Shown: piece after piece, positions 40,083 through 51,800 of the stretch
Layout: each line of letters opens with the position of its first letter
Position numbering within the stretch: the stretch's first letter is position 1
Assembly: GCA_050084515.1 (NCBI GenBank)
Contig: CM114271.1
Span: 28,892,001 to 28,956,000 of the forward strand
Direction of reading: 5' to 3'
Length of the DNA stretch: 64,000 nucleotides
Source: Blasia pusilla
Lineage: Eukaryota
Notes under the pieces: model-generated
Seen by the model: the letters and a program-made list of their open reading frames with translations, nothing else
Told to the model about the DNA's origin: nothing
Database searches by the model: none
Program-made: the position numbers and the translations under genes

Positions 40083-42125
40083 ATGGCTACTGCAATGGAG
40101 AATGAGAACATTCATTGTCAGGGAGGGGGAATTGGCAGTGATTCTGAATGGAAGTATTCTTCTAGCGACGACTGAGTTGGATCCATGATTTGCAATGGGA
40201 GCTTCTTGGCAAGAGGAGGGCGCAAATGTGCAAGAATTCTGCTCTCCCGCAAGAATCCGGGAGCCGCAAGTAAAATAATTGTAGGGGGGAGGATGTATGT
40301 GCATAAACTAGCGTTCTCACAAGACAAGCAACCGAACGATCGGCGGCTCGCAATCCATCTCCAGATCCTGAGAACGTCGGGAACTTTCCATCGTTTGGCA
40401 AGCATAATGTCAAAGAAACAAATGCACAAGCAGATCTAACCAAGTCCGCAGACACGCAACCCAATAGCATCAATTGCAATGGTGGCCCCACCCTTTGCGT
40501 CTCCGGTAACACTTCTGAATGGCATGGTTTGAACGTGGTATATGCTTGCAATGTTGCCACAAAGAATTGGGAATATCTGCGATGCAAGCGGTATGCGCGT
40601 TGCTCCCCTAGCAAGCAAAGAAAGGTTTAACGTTCACCTGAGGGCTGCACACAAGCTTGCAAATGATTTCCTCGTTCCTAAGCAAAAGCTTGAGAGGAAG
40701 CCATCTGTTCCTGATCGGCGTCCCAAGATACAGCTGGATAACAACCTGAAAGCAAGAGAAGTAGAACAAAGGGTTGGAGATCCTATGCGTAGGATCGCCA
40801 AAAACCGGGCAGAATTCCTCAAGAGACAACGCATTCATTTTACCCAAAAATATGACGAGCACGAGTTCCTTGCAGTCGTAGGTAGGCCATCCTCCACCTC
40901 TCATACAAGCAATGGATTCCAACATGCAGGAATTCATGGGAATCTCATGTTGGAAGGATCTTCTAGACCTCTCCTTCACTGTGAACTTACAAATCGGCTC
41001 AAGGCTAGTGTTAATGACACGGAACTGGTGTGCAACATATGCATCCTACAAACGGAAGTTGAACAGAAGTAAGATGACCCTATCAGCAAGCTTCTGACTC
41101 CATGGACAGTTCACATTAATGATGAAGATGAGTGGGTGACATCAGGTATAGCATAGTGGAACCCGCACGCAATCCTTTCCAGAGGTGCCCCTTATGAACA
41201 CTGTACCAGACACTATTGCATTTGCTAGCGGGAAGGAGATGGGTGGAATCCCTGGGAAACCCGCATGTGCTAGCGGCAGGTGGGTGTAATGGAAGGTAAA
41301 TCAACACCACAAAATAATTCATACGAGGAAATACTTAAGGATGATGAAGCAAGGTCCGAGTGGGCAAAGCATGAAATTGTAGAGGAGTTCAAATCTCCCA
41401 GTTCCCCTGCTACAGCCGACCAAGTACAATGGGATGATGGGGATGGAGAAATAGGTGATCTAGTGCAAGATTCACACGTTGGGCATACAACAGTTGGCAC
41501 CCCCATGTCTGATGGATAGTTGGGGCAGTCACCAACATGGTCTCTTGACCATGCTCAACCCACAAGAGTTATGAATCGTGGTGGCATACTCCACCAAGAG
41601 TCTGTTCCTTGCATAGAAAATGCAAGGAAGCTAGCAGAAGATGAAGGAGCAGAGGACATAGGAAATATGGAATTAGATTCAGATGCTCATATGGACATCG
41701 TCTCAGTTGAAGATTCTGTTGTGGTGGCTAAGAAAATCGATAACTTGGTCCCTAAAACCCCTACCCCAAAGAGCAGATGCAAACAGGCCGCGAACTCAAT
41801 TGATGTTGGTAGAGTTGTAATGAATCATAGTGACTCTCAATGCCATGCTCTGAACGTGCTTGCTGCCCTTTACAGCGATTCAAAGTCTGATGTGCATAAG
41901 AAACCTGTTAACCTTGTGAATTTCAGCGGTAGTGAAGTGGATAGTTCGCCCATGGCACGTTGCCACAATAATGGTGACAATTCACCAAATGAGTCCTCAG
42001 AAGGGAACTTGTTGTCCGCTAAACGGCACCGCTTCATCCCAAAGAGGAGGAAGCCAAACGTAAAAGCTAAACGGGTGAAATCAACCGACGGGAATGGCTC
42101 TACTTCAAAACATGTGCACATATGA
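40083..42125 (+). pseudogene. Decayed TE-associated gene with a putative C2H2 zinc finger and long low-complexity tail
   Basis: Chain of + strand ORFs (40542-41072, 41280-41519, 41520-42125). Across one frameshift near 40610 the sequence reads YLRCKRYARCSP/LASKERFNVHLRAAH (C-x5-C...F..HL...H). Basic NLS-like KRHRFIPKRRKP near the end. Confidence 0.45.
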
Positions 42126-42719
42126 AGGGTTCCACCATGTCACAAAGAGGCATCGCTGAAGAAGGGCATCATTGGCAGCAGAAAGGGCAGAGCCGATACT
42201 TTGACAATTCACATATTGTGAACCGTCAATCTAGCTACATCCAATACTCAGAAGGGCTGAGTATGCAAACCCATTTTCATTTGTTGCAAGGGTGGACTGC
42301 CCACGTGATGTTCTGTACAGTACTCGGGGTATTTTGCAGAGGGTGGAAGCGTGCCTACCTAGAATTACCTAGCAGTAGTCATGGTTATGTTTGCAACAAG
42401 GAAGGGCAGAAATTTAGCCAATGAGTGGGTGTGGTAGGGAACTAAGTAGAATGAGTTCTACAATCTGAGCATCCGTTCAGATGTGCCCACGTAATCCATT
42501 CCAGCATTGCAACATTTTTGTATGTTGGAACATTTTTGTTTGTTGAAGTGCTGGAAAGCCTACCAGAAAGTTTTGATAGTAAACGGAGTATTTTGCATAA
42601 TATGCAACGAGTGCTTCGGTTTAGACGTCCGTGAGAAGTGAATTTGCAATGCAATTCTAACACAATGTACATGAGCTTTCCCACAAAATTGGTGGTTGTG
42701 TGAGGATTTTTCACAGTAT

Positions 42720-43800
42720 TGATTGTTGCAGCAAGGATTGGACAATCAAAATGAGTGGGTGGGCAATTCTTCCAAGTGGAATTGCTACTACATTCTTAGT
42801 ACTTGTAGTACTCAGATGTTGGATGTCTTATTTGGGCTTTTTCTCTGTATTCATATATGTAACAAGGACAGGGATGTCTATAAATGGGTGGGTGGGCAAT
42901 TCTACTAGGTAGAATTGCTACTACAATCCGAGTATTTGTGGTACTCATACGTTGGATGTTCCAATCGGGCATTTGTCCAAGAATTTTGTATGAGGGCTGT
43001 ATTTTGCAGCAATGTCCGAGAGTAATGAACCGTCTCACTATTCATGTTGATAGTTGCAGCAATGAAATCACGCATTGTTCTCACTTTTTTTAAAGTAATT
43101 AGGGCTGTATATTGTAGCAGTGTCCCAGAGTAATGAGTCAATGCACTATTCCAGTTGATAGTTGTCACTTTTGAATTCTGGTGCTTTTCTGTTTGTTGTC
43201 ATATTTTTTCCATGTTGGAGTGGTGAAGTGCACATGTGAATTAAGGGTTGTATTCTGGAGCAAGGTCCTAGAGTAAGTAGTGTCCCAACACTTTTCTATA
43301 TGTTGTCACATTTTGTCCATGTTGGAGTGATGGAGTGCCAACCTGAACTTATGTACATGAAACCGAGTTGCACATGGTTGCATATGCAACTCGGTTTCAT
43401 GCACATAAGTTCAGGTTGGCACTCCATCACTCCAACATGGACAAAATGTGACAACATATATGAGTTGCATATGCAACCATGTGCAACTCAAGCCTGAGTT
43501 TATTTGTCCCTGAGATATGAATCTGCAATGGAATTCTGACATAATGTACTTTCACTTTCCCACCCTGGAATGGTGGGAAAGGATGCTCTTACCTACTTGC
43601 AGCAAGGAAGGATAAATTTTGAAAATGGGGGGACTGTTGCGAGAAGTCATAGCATCTGATTACTACAAGTACTCAGATGCTATTCCACATTTCCACTACA
43701 ACAATTGGTTTTACCCATTGCTCCGTCACAAAGCAGCAAGGAGGGGGAAATTCTGATAATGGGGGGACTGTTGCAAGGAGTCATAGCATGTCAGTAAGAG
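42720..43800. repeat. Degenerate tandem repeats between the C2H2-like ORF and the transposase
   Basis: gggtgggcaattct...gaattgctacta x2; agggctgtattttgcagcaatgtcc.agagtaa x3; gcagcaagga...aatggggggactgttgc.ag.agtcatagcat x2. Confidence 0.75.
43297..43460. repeat. Near-perfect inverted repeat (76-bp arms, 12-nt loop)
   Basis: 43297-43372 is the reverse complement of 43385-43460 with one mismatch. Confidence 0.95.
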
Positions 43801-44232
43801 TATTACTCAAATGAAAGGCCACTCCAACTTTGCAACATTTGACTATGAAGCAAGAAGATAGAATTGGGCAATGGTGGAGTGTCGTAACCAACTTTTGCAC
43901 CATATGCCACTACGGCCTCATGCAACTTTGATACTGTGATGTAAGTACTGCAATGCAATTTTGACACCATCTACAGTCCCGCTAGTCCACCATGTAATGG
44001 TTGTGTATATTTTTTTTTCATAGTATTCGTGGTTTATTGTCAATGTCAACAGTACACGTTCTTTCCCGCGTAATGCTTAGTTGACTTAAGGTAAGAGATC
44101 TTTCATTGCTTTGCTCCCATGTTTCTTCATTTTCCGCTGTTTCATGGGCTCTCCTTGCTGTTAATCATGCCTCTGCGGCCTACTGAAACGTCACTTTTTG
44201 AATTGTATCTTAGAGATGAATAAGGCACAAGC

Positions 44233-46945
44233 TTGCTGTTGAGCAGACCGCGCCACCATATCAAGGCTAGAGGGAAGAGTCTCAAAAGGGGATGTTTGTG
44301 CCACTTCTCAATCATGGAGATCTTGGTTCCACATTGCGCAAAGATAACATACATTCAACGCAGACATGTGGATAAGTGCGGTGAGCCTTGTCATGGATTT
44401 GACGACATCTTCAGTAAGGGTGGCACATGTAGCCATGCTTCACGCCTATCAAGTGGTAGAAAGTTGTTGATAATGGACATGATACGCGATGAGAAGACAA
44501 ACATGGCAATAGTTAGGGGGTTGGGGGAAGAAGTGCAGCAGCGTTGGAAGACCGACCCATTGACAAACTTCCGTCGAGACAATTTTGTGCATCTCCAAGA
44601 TATTCCAAACCTTAAACCGGACATTGCAATGGAATCTTGGCTTCGACATTCAAATGAAAATAAAAGCATAGCAAATTATGTCACATTATACCCAGAGGAA
44701 GTGTTCTTTTACTAGGCTTACTAGAGCAAGGAGTATCCATTCATATTAGGATTCTGGTCTGATTGGATGTGCATGATTTTAGTTGAGCATAGAAATGGGA
44801 ACATAATTTGTATGGACTTGACATTTGGGATGCACAAAAACAAGGTAAATTGTGTGGCACCTCTCTATGGATCATTGGAGGGAGGGAATGGAGGGTCCAT
44901 TGAACTGTGAATTTTGTTGAGAATGATTTCATTCTGTTCTGAAAATGACAATGGCTAACGTTGCAATTTTATTGTTTGTTAAGTTTCCATTATACATCGT
45001 CATGATATATGATAAGTTCCACAACGGGATCCCAGTAGCTTGGGTTTTGACCAACTCTTGCAAAGAGGTGGACATCGCCAAGTGGTTACATGCAATGAAG
45101 AAGGTTGCAATTTTTTGGCATAGAAAATTATGCAATGAACGCAGCATGGACTTAGATGTCCTATGGGCATCGAGTTGCATAATGACACATTGCTCAATAG
45201 CAGAAATAAATGCACTCAAGTGAGTAAGCTCCGCATCAATCTCCTGTTTATGAGTATAGACATGTAACTTTGTGCATGGTTTTCAATGTACATTGTGGCG
45301 TGAGCAGGCAAGTATTCCACTATATACCAATCATCCAGTGCTTGTGGCATGTCCAATACGATTGGCACAAGTATTTAAGAACAAAGGCCTCAGATTGGGC
45401 TTTACGATGTGAGATTAACACAAGGTTGGGAAACATCATGTACACGAAGGAAAAGTCAGATGAAGTATTTGCTCATGACGGAGATGTGGGCACGACCATA
45501 TTGGCTTTAGAATTGAAAGCTCTCCAAGCACTATATGTAGACTTCTCATCGGAGAAAAAATTTGTGCATTACATAAAGACAACTTGGCAACATAATGCAA
45601 GTATGGGGCATGCACTTTCCAAAATTTCCCTTCAATATATTTTACACTGAACTTCATTTGCATGGGGCATTACATACAATCGTTTAACTATGCATTTGGT
45701 TGTGGCTTGGCAAGCATGTGGGTGAAAGGAGTGAGAACATTCAACCATTCCAACATGGATACCAATGCCTCGATAGAAGCCTACCATGGAAATATGAAAA
45801 TGGTTCTAAGAGAAACAAATAGTTAGTTGGTATCTTGATGTTGTGATTCGTTGGTGCAAGAGTTTATGCAAAAAGTGGAGGCATTTTACCACCACATACA
45901 CTTGTGTAAAACTGTAGGTTTTTACGACAAAAAACATGAGGAGAGAGTGGTTTGTGCATCAGTGTTGAAAGGACGATGCATTCTAGATAGCAATTGCAAT
46001 ATTACATCATCGACAATGGCATCAGTGAAAAGTGAGACAATGGCGGGAATTGTATATGACATCTACAATTACCAATCACAATACTATACATGTGATTGCC
46101 TGTGGGGTTTGAAGGGAACCATATGTAAATATCAGGTCAAATGTTTACTAATGTGTGGATACCGTGCAGAAGATATTGTGAGGGTACTAGGCACAAAAAA
46201 AGGAATAACGCAGGGTGGGATGCGTGATTTATTTATGGAGAAATTGAATCGTGATGTAGTGCATATGGAGAGTGGATCAATTTTGGAGACAGATGGCAGA
46301 GATACATTCACTGACAAAGACATTGAAGGCAAATGTGGACCAGTTGGAGAAGATAGCAAGGAAAACACATGGTATCAAGTAGACCCTGAAAATTCCAATA
46401 ATGGTGAGACCGAGCATGAAACAGTCATTGACAATGGAGGTACCGGTCTTGCAAATGCACAAATGTCCAAATTTTTGTCTAAGGTTAGAAGCACATGTGG
46501 TGATGATGATGAGCTACTATTGCTTGGTGGGAATTCGATGCGTGAGTGTGTTGGTCTTCTAGCATGCGCTTAGAAAAACAAGCAAAGGGGGTTGCCCTTG
46601 GCTGAAAAAGCGCCATTCCAAGTGTATAGTTAGGGGTTAGTAGGCTCAAGAAATTCCATAATAAGAACAAAATCTCTGGTTGAGCGGTTGAAAATGAGAG
46701 CAAAGAAAAATGCAACAAATCAATATGATATTTCACCTGCCGTAGTACCCCAATTTCCAATGTCCCCAAAACTCCACCGGGTTACTTTTCAAGCACAGTT
46801 GGAGCGAGAAGCATGTGGATATTTCAGCAGAGCTAATTCTACTGATAGAATTACTGATCCAAAAAATCCAATACTGCAACGGCACAAAAAACAGAAATAT
46901 GACAAGAAGCACCTAGAATTCCATGTAGACATTCAGAATGAATGA
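44233..46945 (+). pseudogene. MULE transposase with SWIM zinc finger, intron-containing, decayed
   Basis: KRGCLCHF, HVDKCGEPCHG, RRDNF, VFFY, PFILG, MDLTFGMHKNK/FPLY (first catalytic Asp region), GIPVAW, CLWHV..DWHK, TNASIEAYHGNMK (catalytic Glu region), SWIM YTCDCLWGLKGTICKY (His now Tyr). The motifs resemble the Arabidopsis SWIM-domain MULE-derived proteins At1g60560/At4g13970 as I recall them. Several stops. Confidence 0.85.
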
Positions 46946-48874
46946 TTTTAAGGCAATGTTTTGAATATGAAGTTAAAATTTTGCATTTTTCCAAGTATTT
47001 GTAAAAAGACATGACCGCCTGCTTCCAAGTCCGTCTCCTAATGTGGCATGTAGCTATCCTTACGATGAGAAATATGTTTCTTTGTCTTCTGGCTTGGTGC
47101 TTTGCTATTTGGATACAAGTTTGATATTGCTTGCATGTAAGCCAAGAACAGATCCTGTCTCTGCCCAAGAACTGAGCCGCCTCTTATGAGTGAAATGTTG
47201 ACATGAAAAAGACTACCCTCAAATTGTTTGCATTTCTCAAAAAATTGGATAATGAAGTCAGAATATAGTCTGAATCATCCTACGATGTATTAAAGGATTC
47301 ATTTCTCACTCACCATTTTCTCTTCTCACATGGCATGCAATGACAGAATTTTTGGAGCCTAATGATGAATGTTTGTGTTTTTGTCTGTCTTAATCACAGG
47401 TCTTCCAAGACCCAGGGGGAAATTACATTATGGTAAAGAAGATGGGGAGTTGTTGTTTGGCGCTTTGGCGGTGTTTGGCTCATTTTTCAACCTAACAGTG
47501 TTGCGTCAATAAGAGCCCGACTTCATTATGATATGATATACACATTATTTGGCGATAAACTCGCCTTATTGCAGGCATTTAGTAGAGGCCTCTTGATTTT
47601 CACCATAGTATGCTATGAACAGTGTTAAAATGCAATAAAGTAAGTGAACATTTTTTGGACTTGTGTTGGCTTTCATGTGTGAATTCCCTAATTAGCTTCG
47701 TGTATAGCCTCTTTGGTTTATTTTTTATTTTTGAATGTTCCCCATGGCTTCGGAAATATAGGTTGGGGTGTCAATAATAGGCATTGCTAGCATGTGAATA
47801 TTTACCAGTCATGGACTGCATCCTTTCAACTTTGACGGTGTCTTTGAAGGCTTAGGCAATATACCACTGTCGTTGGGCATTGCTCGAATTCATTGATTTG
47901 TGTTTAATGTTACCAATGGACTGCATCGTATCATTTTCACTTCATTGCTTTCTGTTCAATGTTAACAATGAAGATTGCATCATTCCTCGAATAATTAAGC
48001 CAGTATAACTCGTGAATGTAACAGAAGTTGGCGCAAAATTCTAGGTGTGCTTGTGGGAAACATTATCTATCATAAAACCAAACTAGAAAATGGTGGTGTG
48101 AGAATTATCAGAGGCCATGGCACCGCAGTGACCATTTGGCTGGAAAATTGTATATTGATATATGTAGCCCATACATTGGTTGTATCTAGTTATACAAGGC
48201 AGATGCTATAACATAATACAAGCTCCTCTTAGAATTCCTCTGACAAAGTGCAATAGTCCCCACTGGCGCCAGCATCATAGCACTCCATGTCGGTATAATT
48301 GGAGCTTCCACTCTGCACATTATTGTCAAAATTGTTGGATTCTCAACATCCACTTCTTTGAGCACCATTAATCTGATCGGCCTCCTTATATGAGGAGAAG
48401 CCTAGATTGATGGTTCCGACTTAGTCATAGAAATATGACGTAGGTGGTTTATGGAGTAGCGTTAATAGGATTATCTAACCCTATATTGCATCAAGGTGAG
48501 GGGCATCCTCATGCGTTGCGGGGGTCCGGGGCACAGCCCCTAATATGCCAAGACAACGCGGGGTTTTTTTTTACCTATTTTTCTTTGTTTTATCAATAGA
48601 AACGAAGAAAAATAGGTTAAAAGCCTTAGTTTCCCGAGAAGTGAAATAATCCCCAGCGGTAGCGCATTCTCGTATGTTGAGTTATCTCCTTGTACAGGTT
48701 CCATCGAAGCTCTTCTATGAGCGCATGGACGGACGAGGCAACTTAGTATCTCCAAGTTTTGTAATAGATTTCAATGATTTTGTCACTTTCTGTTTTCTCA
48801 CATGGTATTAGAGTAGTAGGTTTTCCAGTATTTTTTATCTGGTGATCTAGTGTGTCTGTCCAAAATCTTGAGGG

Positions 48875-51800
48875 ATGGCTACTTGTTTGTCAGTTCGTGC
48901 TCTCCCTCCTCGCCTGGGTGAAGAGAAGTTAGATGGATCTAGCTATACATTGTTGCAGTGTAAAACTCATGGAAAAAGGTACTCTTTCAATCGCAAAGTA
49001 TTAAGTTCATTCCCAAGAGATCACTTTTTCCTGAGTAAAGAGAGGTTTTATAAGAAAAATCAAGAATAACTCCTTCACTAAGCACTTCACTAATTACAAT
49101 AACTAAGTCTTCACTAGTACAAAAGACTCTTCTTCCCTCTTGGAAAAGACTCTCCTCAAGCAGATAAAGACTCTTTAGAATCTTGAATAACAAAGTTTCA
49201 ACGAAGACCTCAAAGAGATCTCAAGAAGGAGCGGCTCATCCTACTTTCAGAATTGAATTTGTCATGGCAGGTTACTCACTGTCTAATAGCTTTCCTACGC
49301 TCTTCTGAATTATCTTGTGGAATTCTGAAATCACAATACTCAACTCTCATCCCTACTACAACCCAATAAGGTTTTACACTCAACTCCGCACATTAGAAAA
49401 CATGAGAGAAGACACTTCAACTTCATCAAAGAGTGGAAAGAACCAAAAATTATTACAAGCTTCTGAGGGTACAAGACTCTTCGGCTTGGATCATCCCCAA
49501 AGAACTCCTTACACAACCCACCAAGATGCAAGGGAATGACCCCTTCTTCTTCTTCTCTATTCTTTAAATAGTTTCTTGCAATTCATGACTCTTCCTATTC
49601 TACTCTAAATTTCTAACTACTAATCCGGCCCTCCTTGGTTTAGATCCTCCAACCCTCCATCTTCCTAAGGCGGTTGGTTGCTCTGGCGTTTCATTTTTGC
49701 TTCCTTCTCAACCACTGCGCCTCTTCATTTCCGACTTCCAAAACCGCCCTAGAGTTTCATTATTTACAGTCTTCGCGGTCCTCGTAATCCTATCTTCCGC
49801 CGCGAAGAGTGCTCCTTTGACTTTTCTTTCTTTTTTCTTTCTTCCAAAACATTATTTTTCTTTCTATTCCTATTCTTCATACACCTTTCCGCTTTGTGAA
49901 GACTCTTTGATTTCCTCTTTTTCTTCCTCTTTCTTCTTAGAGTTCTTAGTCTTTGCTCTTGGATCTTTGGTCTTTAGTCTTTGTTCACAGTCTTTGCACG
50001 AAGACTCCCTTGGATCATCTACTGTAAAGAAGAAGTCTTTTTTAGTCTTCCTTGACAGTCTTGACCAACATTCATACTGCGATCTTCCTTGAGAAGTACT
50101 CGCGCTTCTTGCTCTACTTCTTTCCCATTCTTTTCCTACTTTTACCCAATTCTCACGCTTCCAAGACAATCCTTAATCTCTTACTATCTCTTGTCCTTTC
50201 ATCAGAGTTTTGTCATTCCATGTTTTCACATGATTTGTGTAAAGTATACGTCTTTACTTCCGGTATTGAGTCTTTAGTCTTCACTCAAGGAAGACTTCAC
50301 TACAACTTTGTACAAAAAATGATCTTTCTACCAAAATTTCAAAAATATGGGCATTACAATTGTGGAAGCGCAAAATGAGAACTGTTCAAATTGGGAGACG
50401 GCCATAGAGGTCGATTCAAATCCACAAGCTACTTTGAGTTTAGCATGTTCATTTTCATCTGGTGATATCGATCCTGTTGTATTGCTGGCATCGAAACGCA
50501 AACATGCTGAAGCTCTATATGCGATTATCACGAATGTAAGTGATTCTGTCATGACTCTCATTCAATATACGACCATTGTTGTTGAGGCGTGGGACATTTT
50601 GAAGAATCAGTATGAAACGAAGAATAAGACTCGGATTCAAAATTTGGAGAATCAGCTAACATCCGAGAAATTTTCAGAAGGAGAAAGCATGGAGCAATTT
50701 TTGACAAGGATTGAGAATCTTCAAGATTAGATGGCGTATGTAGGAAATTCAAAGTCTAGCAAAGATTTGGCACGTCGGTGCATAAGGATTTTGCCTTCGA
50801 GGTATGATAGTTTGGTCACTGCATGGAATACTCAAGCAAGACCCACGCCGCTTACTTTGAACAATTTAGTGCAATGTTGGTAGAAGAGGAAATGCGCTTC
50901 AAAGCAAGAGAGGGAAGTGATGCAACATTTATTGCCAACGTACAGAGAGGTAGAAATCAGGATTATAGTTCAAATGTCAAGAAGAAATTTCCAAGGAAAG
51001 CCTTCAAATGATTTTATTGTGGTAAGCTAGGTCATCTTATCAAAGATTGTAGAAATAGGAGTCAGGATGAGAAGAACGATTGTTTAAGATCTAAGAAAGA
51101 GTCTGGAAATTCTGTAGAATTAGGAGAATATGAGGTAGATGCTTGGGTAGCAATCCAAGAGTTTTGCACACAGGCAGAACATTCCACTAAGTCAAAGAGT
51201 GAAGATGCAAAGGTGCTTGATAGTGGATCATCTAGGCATATGATCAATCATAAGGATTGGTATAGCTCCTTATAGCCTCTACAGGAGCCCATCGTTGTTA
51301 CTGTTGGAAATAATGCAAAGTGCCTTATAGAAGGGAAAGGCATAATTTTCTTTAGTCTCACAAAAAGGAGATGAAACTAAGTTAAGTGATGTAATGTATG
51401 TACCAGAGTTGAAGCGTAAATTGCTTTCAATATCAATATTATGTGATGGTAACTTAGAAGTTCATTTCAAGAAATGGATACCAATGGGAAAGTAGTGGAT
51501 GAAGGTATATGACGTGGAAATATCTACAAGTTGTATGCTTTCACGACAAGTGTAGTAGAAATCTTAGTAGCAGTAAGTTGTGGCATGAAAGATTTGGTCG
51601 CCTAAGCTTTCTCTTACTAAGTCAGATGTAGAAATATGGAATGGTTTCTGATCTACCAATAATTTTTGGAGTGTCGGATATATGTGAAGCTTGTATGATG
51701 GGCAAGCAACAACGACAACCATTTCCACAAGAGAGTAGCAATAGAGCAAAGGCTTCTCTAGAGCTGATACATGTTGACCTATGTGGTAAAATGAAAACAA

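Larger units (their letters stand above)
33040..48281 (+). mobile_element. Putative ~15 kb Mutator-like element (MULE) with accessory genes and internal tandem repeats
   Basis: Contains the MULE/SWIM transposase (44.2-46.9 kb). The ends are only weakly inverted: the reverse complement of 33040-33100 (ttctcccacaatgcaaat...cacgggtgccaaaggcccatag) resembles 48234-48281 (ttcctctgacaaagtgcaat...cactggcgccagcatcatag). No TSD found, so the extent is tentative. Confidence 0.4.

Noticed and set aside
49697-50378. Hydrophobic and Lys/Glu-rich ORFs
   Set aside because: They lie inside the solo LTR and reflect its CT-rich low complexity.
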